From: an uncultured archaeon
GTDB taxonomy: Archaea > Asgardarchaeota > Lokiarchaeia > Sigyniarchaeales > SOKP01
Length of the DNA stretch: 64,000 bases
Reading direction: 5' to 3'
Assembly (NCBI GenBank): GCA_964632315.1
Contig: CAZWEM010000007.1
Span: 59,971 to 123,970 of the forward strand
Shown here: one piece after another, positions 8,747 through 17,884 of the stretch
Numbering within the stretch: position 1 is the first letter of the stretch
How the letters are laid out: each line of letters begins with the position of its first letter
Translations under genes and position numbers: made by a program
The notes under the pieces: generated by a model
Told to the model about the DNA's origin: nothing
What the model saw: only the letters and a program-made list of their open reading frames with translations
Databases searched by the model: none

Positions 8747-11297
8747 TTTCTCCCACCTCTTCCAATTCTTTGTAAAATTTTTGAATGATTTCAGAAAACT
8801 TACTTCCTTCCACAGCATTTACATGTTTCAATATGACTCGGTGGGCGAATTTTGGACCAAGAATACTCTTTAATAAGTGAACTTTCTTTCTTACGTTCTC
8901 AATACCATCAATGTATCTGCAAGAGTTTTTTCGGCATCCAATGATCAAAATTCCATCAAACCCTAATTCAAAAGATTTTATAATAAAGCTTGAATCGACC
9001 CTTCCGGTACATGGTACTTGAATTATGAAGATATTAGGATAATATGTTATCTTCTTCAATCCAGCATCATCAGCTGCAGCATAACCACAAGATCGACAAC
9101 AAAATGCGATAATTTTAGGCGAATTTTTAAATTTGGAAAATATTTCTATACTTTTTAATATTTTTTCAGAGCTGTCTATGTTCATGCTCAAAGCATTAGT
9201 AGGACAGACGCTTACACAAGTACCACATCCCTTACACTTGAATTTATCAATGTTTAATTTATCAACTTCAAAAGTTATAGCATTATAAGGACATACTTTT
9301 AAGCATAGTCCACAGAGACCACATCTTTCATAATTTATTTCAATTCCTCCAAATTCAGCTAATAAATAATCATTAGAAAGTAAAGAAATTACTTTTAACG
9401 CAACTTGGTTTGCTGATATAATAACCTCCTTATAACTTAATGGCCCAAAAATCGAGCCTGCCCCGTAGACTCCTGAAGCAAGTGTTTCTTCGCTCATAAA
9501 TCCAAAATCATTTAATGTAAAATCCATTTGTTTACGAAGAACTTTTAAATCTTTATTGGGAATTAAATTAGGATTCAGAATTATTAAATCAGAAGGATAT
9601 TCTTTATCATCAGCAACGACAACATTTTGGTTATATGTGTTTTTAATTTCTAACTTTTCAGCGTAATGAATCCTATCATCAAAAATACTAAATCTATATG
9701 AGGGAGTTTTCACCTTATTTTGAATTTGATAAAACACATTTATGTTTATTTCTGGATTCTTTTGGCGAATTTCTTCCATGTATTTTAATACTAAGACGTT
9801 AGCTAAATCTAATTGTGAGTTGCTCTCAGTTGCATTCTGAATTATGGAGATATCATTCGGTACTGCTTTATCTGAAAGACGAATGATTTTTCCTTCTGTT
9901 ATTCCATCTGAAGATAATATTCTTTCAAATTCAGCTGAAGTTATTATATCATTCATTGGATTATGGGAGAAATTATCAAATTTATCAGGAAGGTCAGTAC
10001 CAATAGCAACCACCTTAGTACCTGCTTTAATTCGTATTTCTTCTGGTTTTTGAGATAGATCAATTGCTTTGTTTGGACATGCCCGTTCGCATATTCCGCA
10101 ATTAAGACAGTTCTTTATGTCTTCTTGATCAATTATGGGAGCATATGGATAACAATGAATAAATGGTAAGTATATTATTTTTCGCTCCTCCAAATTAAAC
10201 TCATATTGATTTGGTTTTTGAACACTACATAAATCGATACATTGCTTACAACCAGTACATTTGGTTTCATCTACAAACCTTGGATTTTTTCTTAAATCAA
10301 TGGTAAAATTACCAACCTCTCCAGAGATATTCATAACTTCTGTATTAGTAAAAATTTTGATATTAGATTCTTTTACAAGTTCAGAAATGAATTCTGAAAT
10401 AAAACATATCGAACAATCTCCCATTTCATAAATTTTATGCCATCTTGCTACTTTTCCTCCAAGTGTTGCCGATTTTTCAATTAAATACACTTTTATTCCC
10501 GCCCTTGCTAGATTAAGAGCAACAGTCATCCCAGCAATACCTCCTCCAAGAACTGCGCAACTCCGTTCAACTTCTACCTTTTTAACCCTAATTGCTTTTT
10601 GAAGTATTGCTCTCTCGACTGCAGCTTCTATTAATAATTTAGCTTTTTCTAGGGTTAAAGCAGGATCTATTATTTCGTTTAAATTATTATGAACCCACGC
10701 ACATTGTTCTCTAATATTCGCAAATTCAATATAAGTATGATCAACTGTATTTTCAAAAATATGCTCAAAGAGATGTTGATGAGTCTTGGGAGAACAAGCA
10801 GCAATAACAATCTTATTTAAGTAGTTATCTTTAACCCAATTTTTAATTTGATCAAAATTTTTCTGTTGACATAAATTTTGAAAACGTTTAACTGAAACCA
10901 CGTTTCTTAAACGGGTAATGTAATTCTCAAGTGCGGAAATATTGATAACACTAGAAATTTCCTCATTACAATTACAAATTATTACGCCTACTCTACTGAT
11001 CTCACTTCCTTTGGAGTGAAAATAATCATCTATGTCCTCACCTGAGAGAATTCGTTTATTAAGATTCATAATAGTCATAATCCTTTTGCCATCTTCGGTG
11101 AGAAAATAGGATTTATTATCCTTTCCAATAAGAGAACCAAGTTTCTTAAGGTGAAAATTAAGTTGACCAGTCGTATCTAACCCAAGGCGTTCCATTAACT
11201 CTGTGTAAGGAATATAACCTTCTTTTTCCAAAAGGAGTAAAATTTTTCTTCGAAAAGGGTGGGATAAAATTGAATAAACATCCATTTCTTTTAACAT
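8736..11297 (-). CDS. Winged-HTH / HdrA-like flavoprotein / MvhD fusion
   Basis: ArsR-like LSHPFRRKIL...LNFHLKKL; HdrA motifs CxC, AACSP, NIREQC, GGGIAG, DCSIC, EFER; four ferredoxin CxxCxxCxxxC motifs; C-terminal MvhD FCCxxCGYAAAD, PCTGRVD, GC..C. Confidence 0.9.
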   Translation of the reverse strand: MLKEMDVYSILSHPFRRKILLLLEKEGYIPYTELMERLGLDTTGQLNFHLKKLGSLIGKDNKSYFLTEDGKRIMTIMNLNKRILSGEDIDDYFHSKGSEISRVGVIICNCNEEISSVINISALENYITRLRNVVSVKRFQNLCQQKNFDQIKNWVKDNYLNKIVIAACSPKTHQHLFEHIFENTVDHTYIEFANIREQCAWVHNNLNEIIDPALTLEKAKLLIEAAVERAILQKAIRVKKVEVERSCAVLGGGIAGMTVALNLARAGIKVYLIEKSATLGGKVARWHKIYEMGDCSICFISEFISELVKESNIKIFTNTEVMNISGEVGNFTIDLRKNPRFVDETKCTGCKQCIDLCSVQKPNQYEFNLEERKIIYLPFIHCYPYAPIIDQEDIKNCLNCGICERACPNKAIDLSQKPEEIRIKAGTKVVAIGTDLPDKFDNFSHNPMNDIITSAEFERILSSDGITEGKIIRLSDKAVPNDISIIQNATESNSQLDLANVLVLKYMEEIRQKNPEININVFYQIQNKVKTPSYRFSIFDDRIHYAEKLEIKNTYNQNVVVADDKEYPSDLIILNPNLIPNKDLKVLRKQMDFTLNDFGFMSEETLASGVYGAGSIFGPLSYKEVIISANQVALKVISLLSNDYLLAEFGGIEINYERCGLCGLCLKVCPYNAITFEVDKLNIDKFKCKGCGTCVSVCPTNALSMNIDSSEKILKSIEIFSKFKNSPKIIAFCCRSCGYAAADDAGLKKITYYPNIFIIQVPCTGRVDSSFIIKSFELGFDGILIIGCRKNSCRYIDGIENVRKKVHLLKSILGPKFAHRVILKHVNAVEGSKFSEIIQKFYKELEEVGEIEA

Positions 11298-11545
11298 CCC
11301 TCTGACTTTTTATGATAAATAAATTGATAAATTTTTTAATATGATAATTTTTTTTATCAACATGACAAATGATGTGATCAAGATATATAAATCTATGTTG
11401 TAAATCGATCATATAATGTTGCATTCCAAAAATAGCGATCCTCAATTTCAATAATATTGAGTATTTTTCTATAAAAAATCCGGTAATTAATACCAAAAAA
11501 CTATAAAAGTAGGGGTTGTTACAGCAAAATAGGTTCAAATCTTAA

Positions 11546-11619
11546 TTGACAACACTTTTAGTTAAGCATTTTTTTTGATAAGATTTGTTGTCAAATTTAG
11601 CATTAATTTTGTTGTCAAA
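11546..11619. promoter_or_regulatory. Putative operator: TGTTGTCAA boxes (one inverted, two direct)
   Basis: TTGACAACA at 11546-11554; TTTGTTGTCAAA at 11584-11595 and 11608-11619 (24-bp period), in the divergent intergenic region. Confidence 0.5.
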
Positions 11620-11700
11620 CTCTTTAAATTTGGAATAAATGGTTTTTCAATTAGAAAACTGTATTCAACTAATTTCCAACGAAAAAAAGGTGGTAAAAAA

Positions 11701-12321
11701 ATGGAAGTATTAGAATTGAACGGTCCCAAGGATGTAAAAATTATTGTATACATGGCAAAGTCAGAAAAGTCAGATATTCAGAAGGGATTCGATAGTAGAG
11801 TCCTTTCTTTTATCAAGGAAAAAGGAGTAAAGTTTGTAACCATTGATTTTCAAATTGACATTAAATCATTCAAAAATACAGACTTAGGAAAAGTATTAGA
11901 AAAGTCAGGAATTCCATTTTATCAAGTTGATATTCCTGAATATGCTATGGGATATATTTATGAGGAAATAGTGGAGAAGGAAGAATTAATGAATGAGTTA
12001 TGCGATGAATATGAATCAATGGAGAATAAGGATAGTTATAAAGGAGAAAGCTTGAAAAATTGGATTGACCTGCTTCATGAAGAAATCCAGCAGAAAGAAA
12101 ATTATATTAGTCTAAAATTAAGACCGCAGTGGATTGTTAAAAAAATGTTGGATCTATCTAAAACTCATAGAGCAAATCGAGTAGTATTCCTTCATTATGT
12201 CCAAACGGACATTTGTGAAGATATTTGCCCACAAGTCACACAACAATTAAGAGAAGTGGGCGTTAAGGTAATTAATTATAATGTAAAAAAACATTTAAGA
12301 GAAATATTAGCAAAATCTTAA
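11701..12321 (+). CDS. Hypothetical protein, paralogous to the N-terminal domain of the next gene
   Basis: GGTGGT SD before ATG 11701; shares IP(F/Y)xxVDI..A..Y and W...L.EE..QKE......K.R..W...K.L patterns with 12338-14032. Confidence 0.75.
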   Translation: MEVLELNGPKDVKIIVYMAKSEKSDIQKGFDSRVLSFIKEKGVKFVTIDFQIDIKSFKNTDLGKVLEKSGIPFYQVDIPEYAMGYIYEEIVEKEELMNELCDEYESMENKDSYKGESLKNWIDLLHEEIQQKENYISLKLRPQWIVKKMLDLSKTHRANRVVFLHYVQTDICEDICPQVTQQLREVGVKVINYNVKKHLREILAKS

Positions 12322-12337
12322 AAAGGTGAAAATAAAA

Positions 12338-14032
12338 ATGTCTGAAACCTTAGAATTAAAAGCAATAAAGGACAAAAACCTAAAATTGGTAATGGTAGAA
12401 AGCGAATTTCCTATAGATTGGTTTTTTAATAAGGAAAAAAATGATGATTCATTACTTTTGAATTTACATTTTGTCTCTAAACAATATCTACACGTCATTG
12501 AAGGTTTGATTGATCAGTATAAACCCAAGTTTATTTTGGAAGAAAAAGGTAATCGAGACGAAGCTTTTACTGAGGATGATCCTTTAAAAGACCTCTTTAA
12601 AAGTAGAAATATTCCTTATGAAATGGTCGATATTTCTGAACAAGCAGAAGATTATTTGCGAGCATCTTTAGATGATCATAAAGCATTAATTAAACAGTTA
12701 ACTGGAAAGATTGATCAAATGATAAAAGTGAACCATGGAGCACCCCCCATTAATGATGAGACATTCTCTCAATTAATCATGTGGAGGGAACATTTACAAG
12801 AAGAATATGACCAGAAAGAAGATGAGGTAAGATATAAAGTTCGGGAAGCGTGGATGATGATGAAGGTATTAAAACAAGCCAAAAGTTTTACGGATAAAAA
12901 GCTTTCAGGCCTCTTCATTTGCGATGAGCGCCATTTTGAGGGATTAGAAAATCTAGCAACAAATTTAAATGTCTTGACGGAGCAAATAAAGATTAAAAAA
13001 GAGATTGCAATAGAACAACCAATGCTTTTAAACACCGATGGAAGCATTTCTACTGCTAATGAAAGTCCAAGCGCTGTAGGAAAATCAATGTGGGAATTGT
13101 CTGCCATAAAGATAAAAAAAGCAGATACTTCTGATAAGATATGTTATTTCTTTGATACTGATGAGATGGCTTCTCCATTTGACATTAACATGGCATATGA
13201 TGCTGGGTTTGATGTGGTAGTACCTGTACCTAGTATTAATGCTGATAAAGTACCAAAATTAGTTCAAGACGCAATCTTCTCTCGTAAACCAAATGCTCCC
13301 ACAACCTTCTTTATAGGAGGATCAAATGTCCTTGAAGGAGAAAAAATAGCAAAAAAGGTAATAAAATCATTGGTTCCTCCTTTTGAATGTCCTGTAATCA
13401 TTGATCCTCGTGGTTCTCATACCACTGCATCTGCTGTTGTAGCCATGACCATAGATATTGCAAGAAAAGAGCATGGAATAAAGGATGTTAAAGGAAAAAA
13501 AGTGATTATCTTTGGGGCAGGCCCCGTTGGTAGGATTGCTGCTATACTTGGAGCTAAGTTAAAGTGTGACACTTATCTTATCGAAACTTGGGATAAAGGA
13601 TCTAAGAAAGCAATTGAAAAGCTAGCAGAGGAACTCACTAAAGAAGCTGGAGAAAACGCAACGAAGGTCAAGGGTATATTTGCACCAACAATAGAAGAAA
13701 GAGTTGAGATTAGCAAAGATGCAAGTTTCATATGGTCCTTAGCAGCTGCGGGTGTAGAAGTTTTACCTGTTCACGCTATGCAGAAACTCTCAGGAAAGAA
13801 GATAGTCGTGGATATTAATCTGGTCCCTCCATATGGAATTGAAGGAATCAAACCAAAACACAAGAATGATGAGATTTATCCTGGAATTTTCGGAATAGGA
13901 GCTCTGGCTTTAGGAAGACTGAAATCAGAATCAGAAGGCCAAATTTTAAAAGAAGCAGCTCAAACTAAGGGTAAAAGGATTTTTGATTATAATTATGCAT
14001 TTGAAAAGGCAAATGAACTCTTAGCTAAATAA
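12338..14032 (+). CDS. Uncharacterised N-terminal domain fused to an NAD(P)-dependent methylene-H4MPT dehydrogenase (MtdA/MtdB-like)
   Basis: C-terminal half: SPFDINMAYDAGFD, VQDAIFSR, DPRGSHTTASA, GAGPVG, DINLVPPYGIEG, GIGALALG; GGTG SD before ATG 12338. Confidence 0.85.
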   Translation: MSETLELKAIKDKNLKLVMVESEFPIDWFFNKEKNDDSLLLNLHFVSKQYLHVIEGLIDQYKPKFILEEKGNRDEAFTEDDPLKDLFKSRNIPYEMVDISEQAEDYLRASLDDHKALIKQLTGKIDQMIKVNHGAPPINDETFSQLIMWREHLQEEYDQKEDEVRYKVREAWMMMKVLKQAKSFTDKKLSGLFICDERHFEGLENLATNLNVLTEQIKIKKEIAIEQPMLLNTDGSISTANESPSAVGKSMWELSAIKIKKADTSDKICYFFDTDEMASPFDINMAYDAGFDVVVPVPSINADKVPKLVQDAIFSRKPNAPTTFFIGGSNVLEGEKIAKKVIKSLVPPFECPVIIDPRGSHTTASAVVAMTIDIARKEHGIKDVKGKKVIIFGAGPVGRIAAILGAKLKCDTYLIETWDKGSKKAIEKLAEELTKEAGENATKVKGIFAPTIEERVEISKDASFIWSLAAAGVEVLPVHAMQKLSGKKIVVDINLVPPYGIEGIKPKHKNDEIYPGIFGIGALALGRLKSESEGQILKEAAQTKGKRIFDYNYAFEKANELLAK

Positions 14033-14088
14033 TTCTTTTTTTTATTTTAAATTCAAAAATTATCAAACTTTAAACGGGGGCTTTAAAA

Positions 14089-16308
14089 GTGGATAGGAAT
14101 GTAAATTTTAAAAATGATCCATCAGAATTGAGAGTTAAGGATGCATTTAAAGAAGACGCGGGAAAGGGAATTGTAAGAATAGATACGTCCATCATGCAGG
14201 AATTGAATTTAAAAGCTGGTGATGTCATAGAGATTGTACACCCCCATGTTAATAAAAAAACTGTAGCCTTGGTGAGTCCTGGAAAGGAGGAGGAAAAGGA
14301 AAAAAATATTATCCGCATTGATCCTTCTATAAGAAGAAATTTGGGGTCTTCTATTGATGATATAATCAAAATACGCAAAATTGAAGCAAGTATTGCTAAT
14401 AGTGTAATATTTACTGGAGTTGATGACTCTTTGATACTGAGGAATACTCAACAACTCGCAAGAAGATTAGAAAATAGAGTTGTAACAAAGGGAGATATTT
14501 TAAGTTTTTATACCTATGGTAAAAGAATTGATTTGGTAGTTCTTGATTTCACGCCTAAATCAGAAGCTGTTCGAATTTTTTTAACTACAAAATTTGAACT
14601 TACTGATCATGTTCAAGTTCAAAAAGAATATAAAAAAATAGAAACAGGACATATAACATATGAAGATATTGGCGGATTAGATGAGACAATACAGAAAATT
14701 CGGGAGATGATTGAAGTCCCTATTAGGCATCCTGAATTATTCAAAAGAATAGGAGTTTCAGCTCCTAAAGGAGTATTATTATATGGTCCTCCAGGAACGG
14801 GAAAAACTTTATTAGCTAGAGCTGTAGCTTATGAAACAGACGCTCATTTCTTTACTATTAGTGGCCCAGAAATAATGAGTAAATTTTACGGGCAGAGTGA
14901 AGAAAACCTAAGGAAAATATTTGATGAAGCGAAGGAAAAAGCACCAGCTATCATTTTTCTTGATGAAATGGATTCGATCGCTCCTAAACGTGGTGAAACT
15001 GGAGAAGTAGAAAGAAGAGTGGTTGCTCAACTGCTAGCTTTAATGGATGGCTTAGAAAGTAGAGGGGAAATCATTGTAATGGGTGCAACAAATCGCGTGA
15101 ATGATATTGATGAAGCTTTAAGGAGGCCTGGTAGATTTGATAGAGAAATTGAAATAATAGTGCCCGATTCAAAGGGTAGATATGAAGTATTGCAAATTCA
15201 TACAAGAGGCATGCCTTTAGATAATGACGTCGATTTAAGATTTATTGCTGAAAAAACACATGGTTTTGTAGGAGCAGATATCGAACTTTTAGCAAAAGAA
15301 GTTGCGATTTTAGCTATTCGAGACTTTTTGCCTAATGTTGATTTAGAAAAAGCAATTCCTCCAGACGTTCTCAGTAATATTAAGATAAAGATGAAACATT
15401 TTCTTCAAGCCCTTACCACGATTCAGCCTTCTGCTTTAAGGGAAGTTTTAATATCTACTCCAACTGAAACGTGGGAGGATATTGGGGGATTAGAAGATGC
15501 TATACTTCAATTAAAGGAAGTAGTAGAATGGCCATTGAAATATCCAAAGTTGTATAAACGGATGGATTCTGAACCTCCTAACGGAATATTATTATATGGT
15601 CCACCCGGAACCGGTAAGACCTTGATTGCAAGAGCTTTAGCACACGAGAGTGAGGCAAACTTTATTTCCATAAAAGGTCCAGAAATTTTATCAAAATGGG
15701 TGGGAGAAAGTGAAAAAGCAATTAGAGAAACTTTTAGAAAAGCGAGATCTACCACTCCGTGTATAATATTTTTTGATGAAATTGATGCGATAGCTAGCGC
15801 TAGAGGGCGATATGCACAGAACCAAACGATAGAAAATGTAGTTTCACAATTACTCACAGAAATGGATGGTTTAGAGGATGTAAAAGGCATAATATTATTA
15901 GCTGCAACTAATAGACCAGACATGTTAGACACCGCTCTTTTACGTTCAGGAAGATTTGGAAGGCATATAGAGATTTCTTTACCTGACTTGTCTGCAAGGA
16001 AAGATATTTTAAACATTCATTTTAAAGATAAACCTATATCAAATGAGGTAGACTTGAATCAAGTTGCTGAGATATTGAGTGGATTTTCCGGGGCAGACAT
16101 TAAAGCATTATGCCAAGAAGCTATATTACTGACTATTAGAAAGGCTATAAAAGGTGATATTGATGATGAAGATGAGCATTCTTTAGCTAACGTCCTTATT
16201 ACCGAAAATGAGATAAACGAAGCATTTCATAAAGTTGGAAAATCTATTGCCAGAGCTAAAAAAACATATGAAAAAGAAAAACTGAACTCTGAAAGGATAT
16301 ATTTATAG
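14089..16308 (+). CDS. cdc48: Cdc48/VCP-family double AAA+ ATPase
   Basis: N-domain ([10 protein letters not shown]); two GPPGTGKT Walker A motifs; FLDE/FFDE Walker B; RPGRFD; C-terminal IYL. Confidence 0.95.
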   Translation: MDRNVNFKNDPSELRVKDAFKEDAGKGIVRIDTSIMQELNLKAGDVIEIVHPHVNKKTVALVSPGKEEEKEKNIIRIDPSIRRNLGSSIDDIIKIRKIEASIANSVIFTGVDDSLILRNTQQLARRLENRVVTKGDILSFYTYGKRIDLVVLDFTPKSEAVRIFLTTKFELTDHVQVQKEYKKIETGHITYEDIGGLDETIQKIREMIEVPIRHPELFKRIGVSAPKGVLLYGPPGTGKTLLARAVAYETDAHFFTISGPEIMSKFYGQSEENLRKIFDEAKEKAPAIIFLDEMDSIAPKRGETGEVERRVVAQLLALMDGLESRGEIIVMGATNRVNDIDEALRRPGRFDREIEIIVPDSKGRYEVLQIHTRGMPLDNDVDLRFIAEKTHGFVGADIELLAKEVAILAIRDFLPNVDLEKAIPPDVLSNIKIKMKHFLQALTTIQPSALREVLISTPTETWEDIGGLEDAILQLKEVVEWPLKYPKLYKRMDSEPPNGILLYGPPGTGKTLIARALAHESEANFISIKGPEILSKWVGESEKAIRETFRKARSTTPCIIFFDEIDAIASARGRYAQNQTIENVVSQLLTEMDGLEDVKGIILLAATNRPDMLDTALLRSGRFGRHIEISLPDLSARKDILNIHFKDKPISNEVDLNQVAEILSGFSGADIKALCQEAILLTIRKAIKGDIDDEDEHSLANVLITENEINEAFHKVGKSIARAKKTYEKEKLNSERIYL

Positions 16309-16494
16309 ATCCTTTCCATTTTTTTTATTTTGTAAAGAAAATACAGGTTTTCATTTATGAAAAAAAAAAATCTCAAAACAAAAATTTGATTAAAAAAATT
16401 ATCAAAAACTCCAAAATTTCTCTTATCAAATTTTTTATATTGGAATTGGATTATTTATCATTTAGTAATAACAAAATAAAAAAGTGATTGAAAA

Positions 16495-16713
16495 ATGACT
16501 ACGACTATTCAAGTTTTTAAGAAAGATTTTCATAATGATCAAGTTGCTAATAGGAGCTTTTTTGAAGAAATGAAAAAAGGATGGGAGTGGTTCGAAAATG
16601 ATCAAGAACTTCAGAGATTACAAGAATTTAAAAAGGCTTATGAAGAAGAAGTTGATAAAGATTCATTTAATGCCCAAATGTTGGCAACTTATATAGATTT
16701 ACTCGAAAAATAA
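16495..16713 (+). CDS. Small acidic hypothetical protein
   Basis: 72-aa ORF with an SD-like GTGA upstream and a T-rich tract downstream. Confidence 0.6.
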   Translation: MTTTIQVFKKDFHNDQVANRSFFEEMKKGWEWFENDQELQRLQEFKKAYEEEVDKDSFNAQMLATYIDLLEK

Positions 16714-16830
16714 TTAAAATTATTTTTTCCCTCTTATTTTTCTCGCATTAGACATTTTGCAATCATAAAAAGAGTTCTTAAAATATAGGTTATTATTACT
16801 TTATAGTTCAACAATGGATGAGATGCAAAA

Positions 16831-17820
16831 ATGGTCAGAATTCTAACTAAGCAAGATGTTTTTGAGTTGTTATCGATGAATGATGCCTTAAAATATGTTG
16901 AAGAGGCATATAAACAACTTACACTAGGAAAAGCGATTGTTCCTCAGAGAATCGCTATAACAGATCCAGCTCCTGGTTTAACTTTAATCATGCCGGGAAT
17001 AATTGGTGGAGAAATGAATGCTTTGGCAACAAAAATTGTATCAGTATACAAACAAAATCCTGAAAAATACAATATGCCAACTGTTTTGGCTAAAATAATG
17101 GTTCAAGACATAAACACAGGAGATATTGTCGGGATAATGGATGGGAGTCTAATTACTGCAATGAGAACTGGCGCTGCTACAGGAGTTTCTGTGAAGTACT
17201 TAGCTCGCAAGAATAGTAAAACTATGGGTATATATAGTGCTGGAGTACAAGCAAGAAAACAAGTTGTGGGTGTTTATTGGGGTTTAAATAAGAAATTAGA
17301 AAAATGCAAAGTCTATGATTTAAAAAGAGAGACAGCTTTAGAATTCAAGAAAGAACTTGAAAAAGAGTTAGGAATTGAAATAGAAATAGTCAACTCTGGT
17401 GATGATGTACTTAGAGATACAGACATTATAGTTGCTGCTACAACTAGTACTACTCCCTTATTTGATGGAAATAAGGTTCGTGAGGGGACTCATATTTCAT
17501 CAATCGGAGCTCATGCTGCAGAAATAAGGGAATTAGATTCGACTATTATAAAACGAGCAAGCGTCTTAGTAGCTGGCTTAAAAGAAGCCTGTTTAGCAGA
17601 AGCGGGAGATTATATAATTCCTATTAATGAAGGGATTATTATGTCTGATAAAGTAGTTTCGATTGGGGATATTATAACGGGAAAAGCCACAGGCCGCGGA
17701 AAAGAATCGGATATCACGATATTCAAATCAGTGGGAATTAGTGCTCAAGATGTTGCCACGGCTAAGCTTGTTTATGACAGAGCAATCGAACAAGGAATAG
17801 GACAAGATATTAATTTTTAA
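16831..17820 (+). CDS. Ornithine cyclodeaminase / archaeal alanine dehydrogenase (mu-crystallin family)
   Basis: TAMRTGAATG, AGVQA, FKSVGISAQD motifs. Confidence 0.9.
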   Translation: MVRILTKQDVFELLSMNDALKYVEEAYKQLTLGKAIVPQRIAITDPAPGLTLIMPGIIGGEMNALATKIVSVYKQNPEKYNMPTVLAKIMVQDINTGDIVGIMDGSLITAMRTGAATGVSVKYLARKNSKTMGIYSAGVQARKQVVGVYWGLNKKLEKCKVYDLKRETALEFKKELEKELGIEIEIVNSGDDVLRDTDIIVAATTSTTPLFDGNKVREGTHISSIGAHAAEIRELDSTIIKRASVLVAGLKEACLAEAGDYIIPINEGIIMSDKVVSIGDIITGKATGRGKESDITIFKSVGISAQDVATAKLVYDRAIEQGIGQDINF

Positions 17821-17884
17821 TTTATTTTTTCACACTTTATCATAATTAAGTCAAGAGAAAGGGAATTCTATGTTTTCCGATCAG

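Noticed and set aside
8747-8818. Track start of the hydrogenase small subunit at 8818
   Set aside because: It overlaps the upstream gene by about 80 bp; TTG 8746 with an SD gives a typical N-terminus
6679-11297. Selenocysteine recoding in HdrA/MvhD/MvhA, which is known for some archaeal homologues
   Set aside because: The relevant positions (DCSIC, FCCRSC, DPCVSC) are ordinary TGT Cys codons and the ORFs have no internal TGA
11584-11619. Direct repeats as a mini-CRISPR
   Set aside because: Only two 12-bp copies with a 12-bp spacer, and no cas genes
11575-11700. N-terminal extension of the 11575-12321 ORF, and ORFs 11158-11538 and 11562-11753
   Set aside because: A good GGTGGT SD precedes ATG 11701; the upstream sequence is an AT-rich promoter with repeats and gives non-protein-like translations
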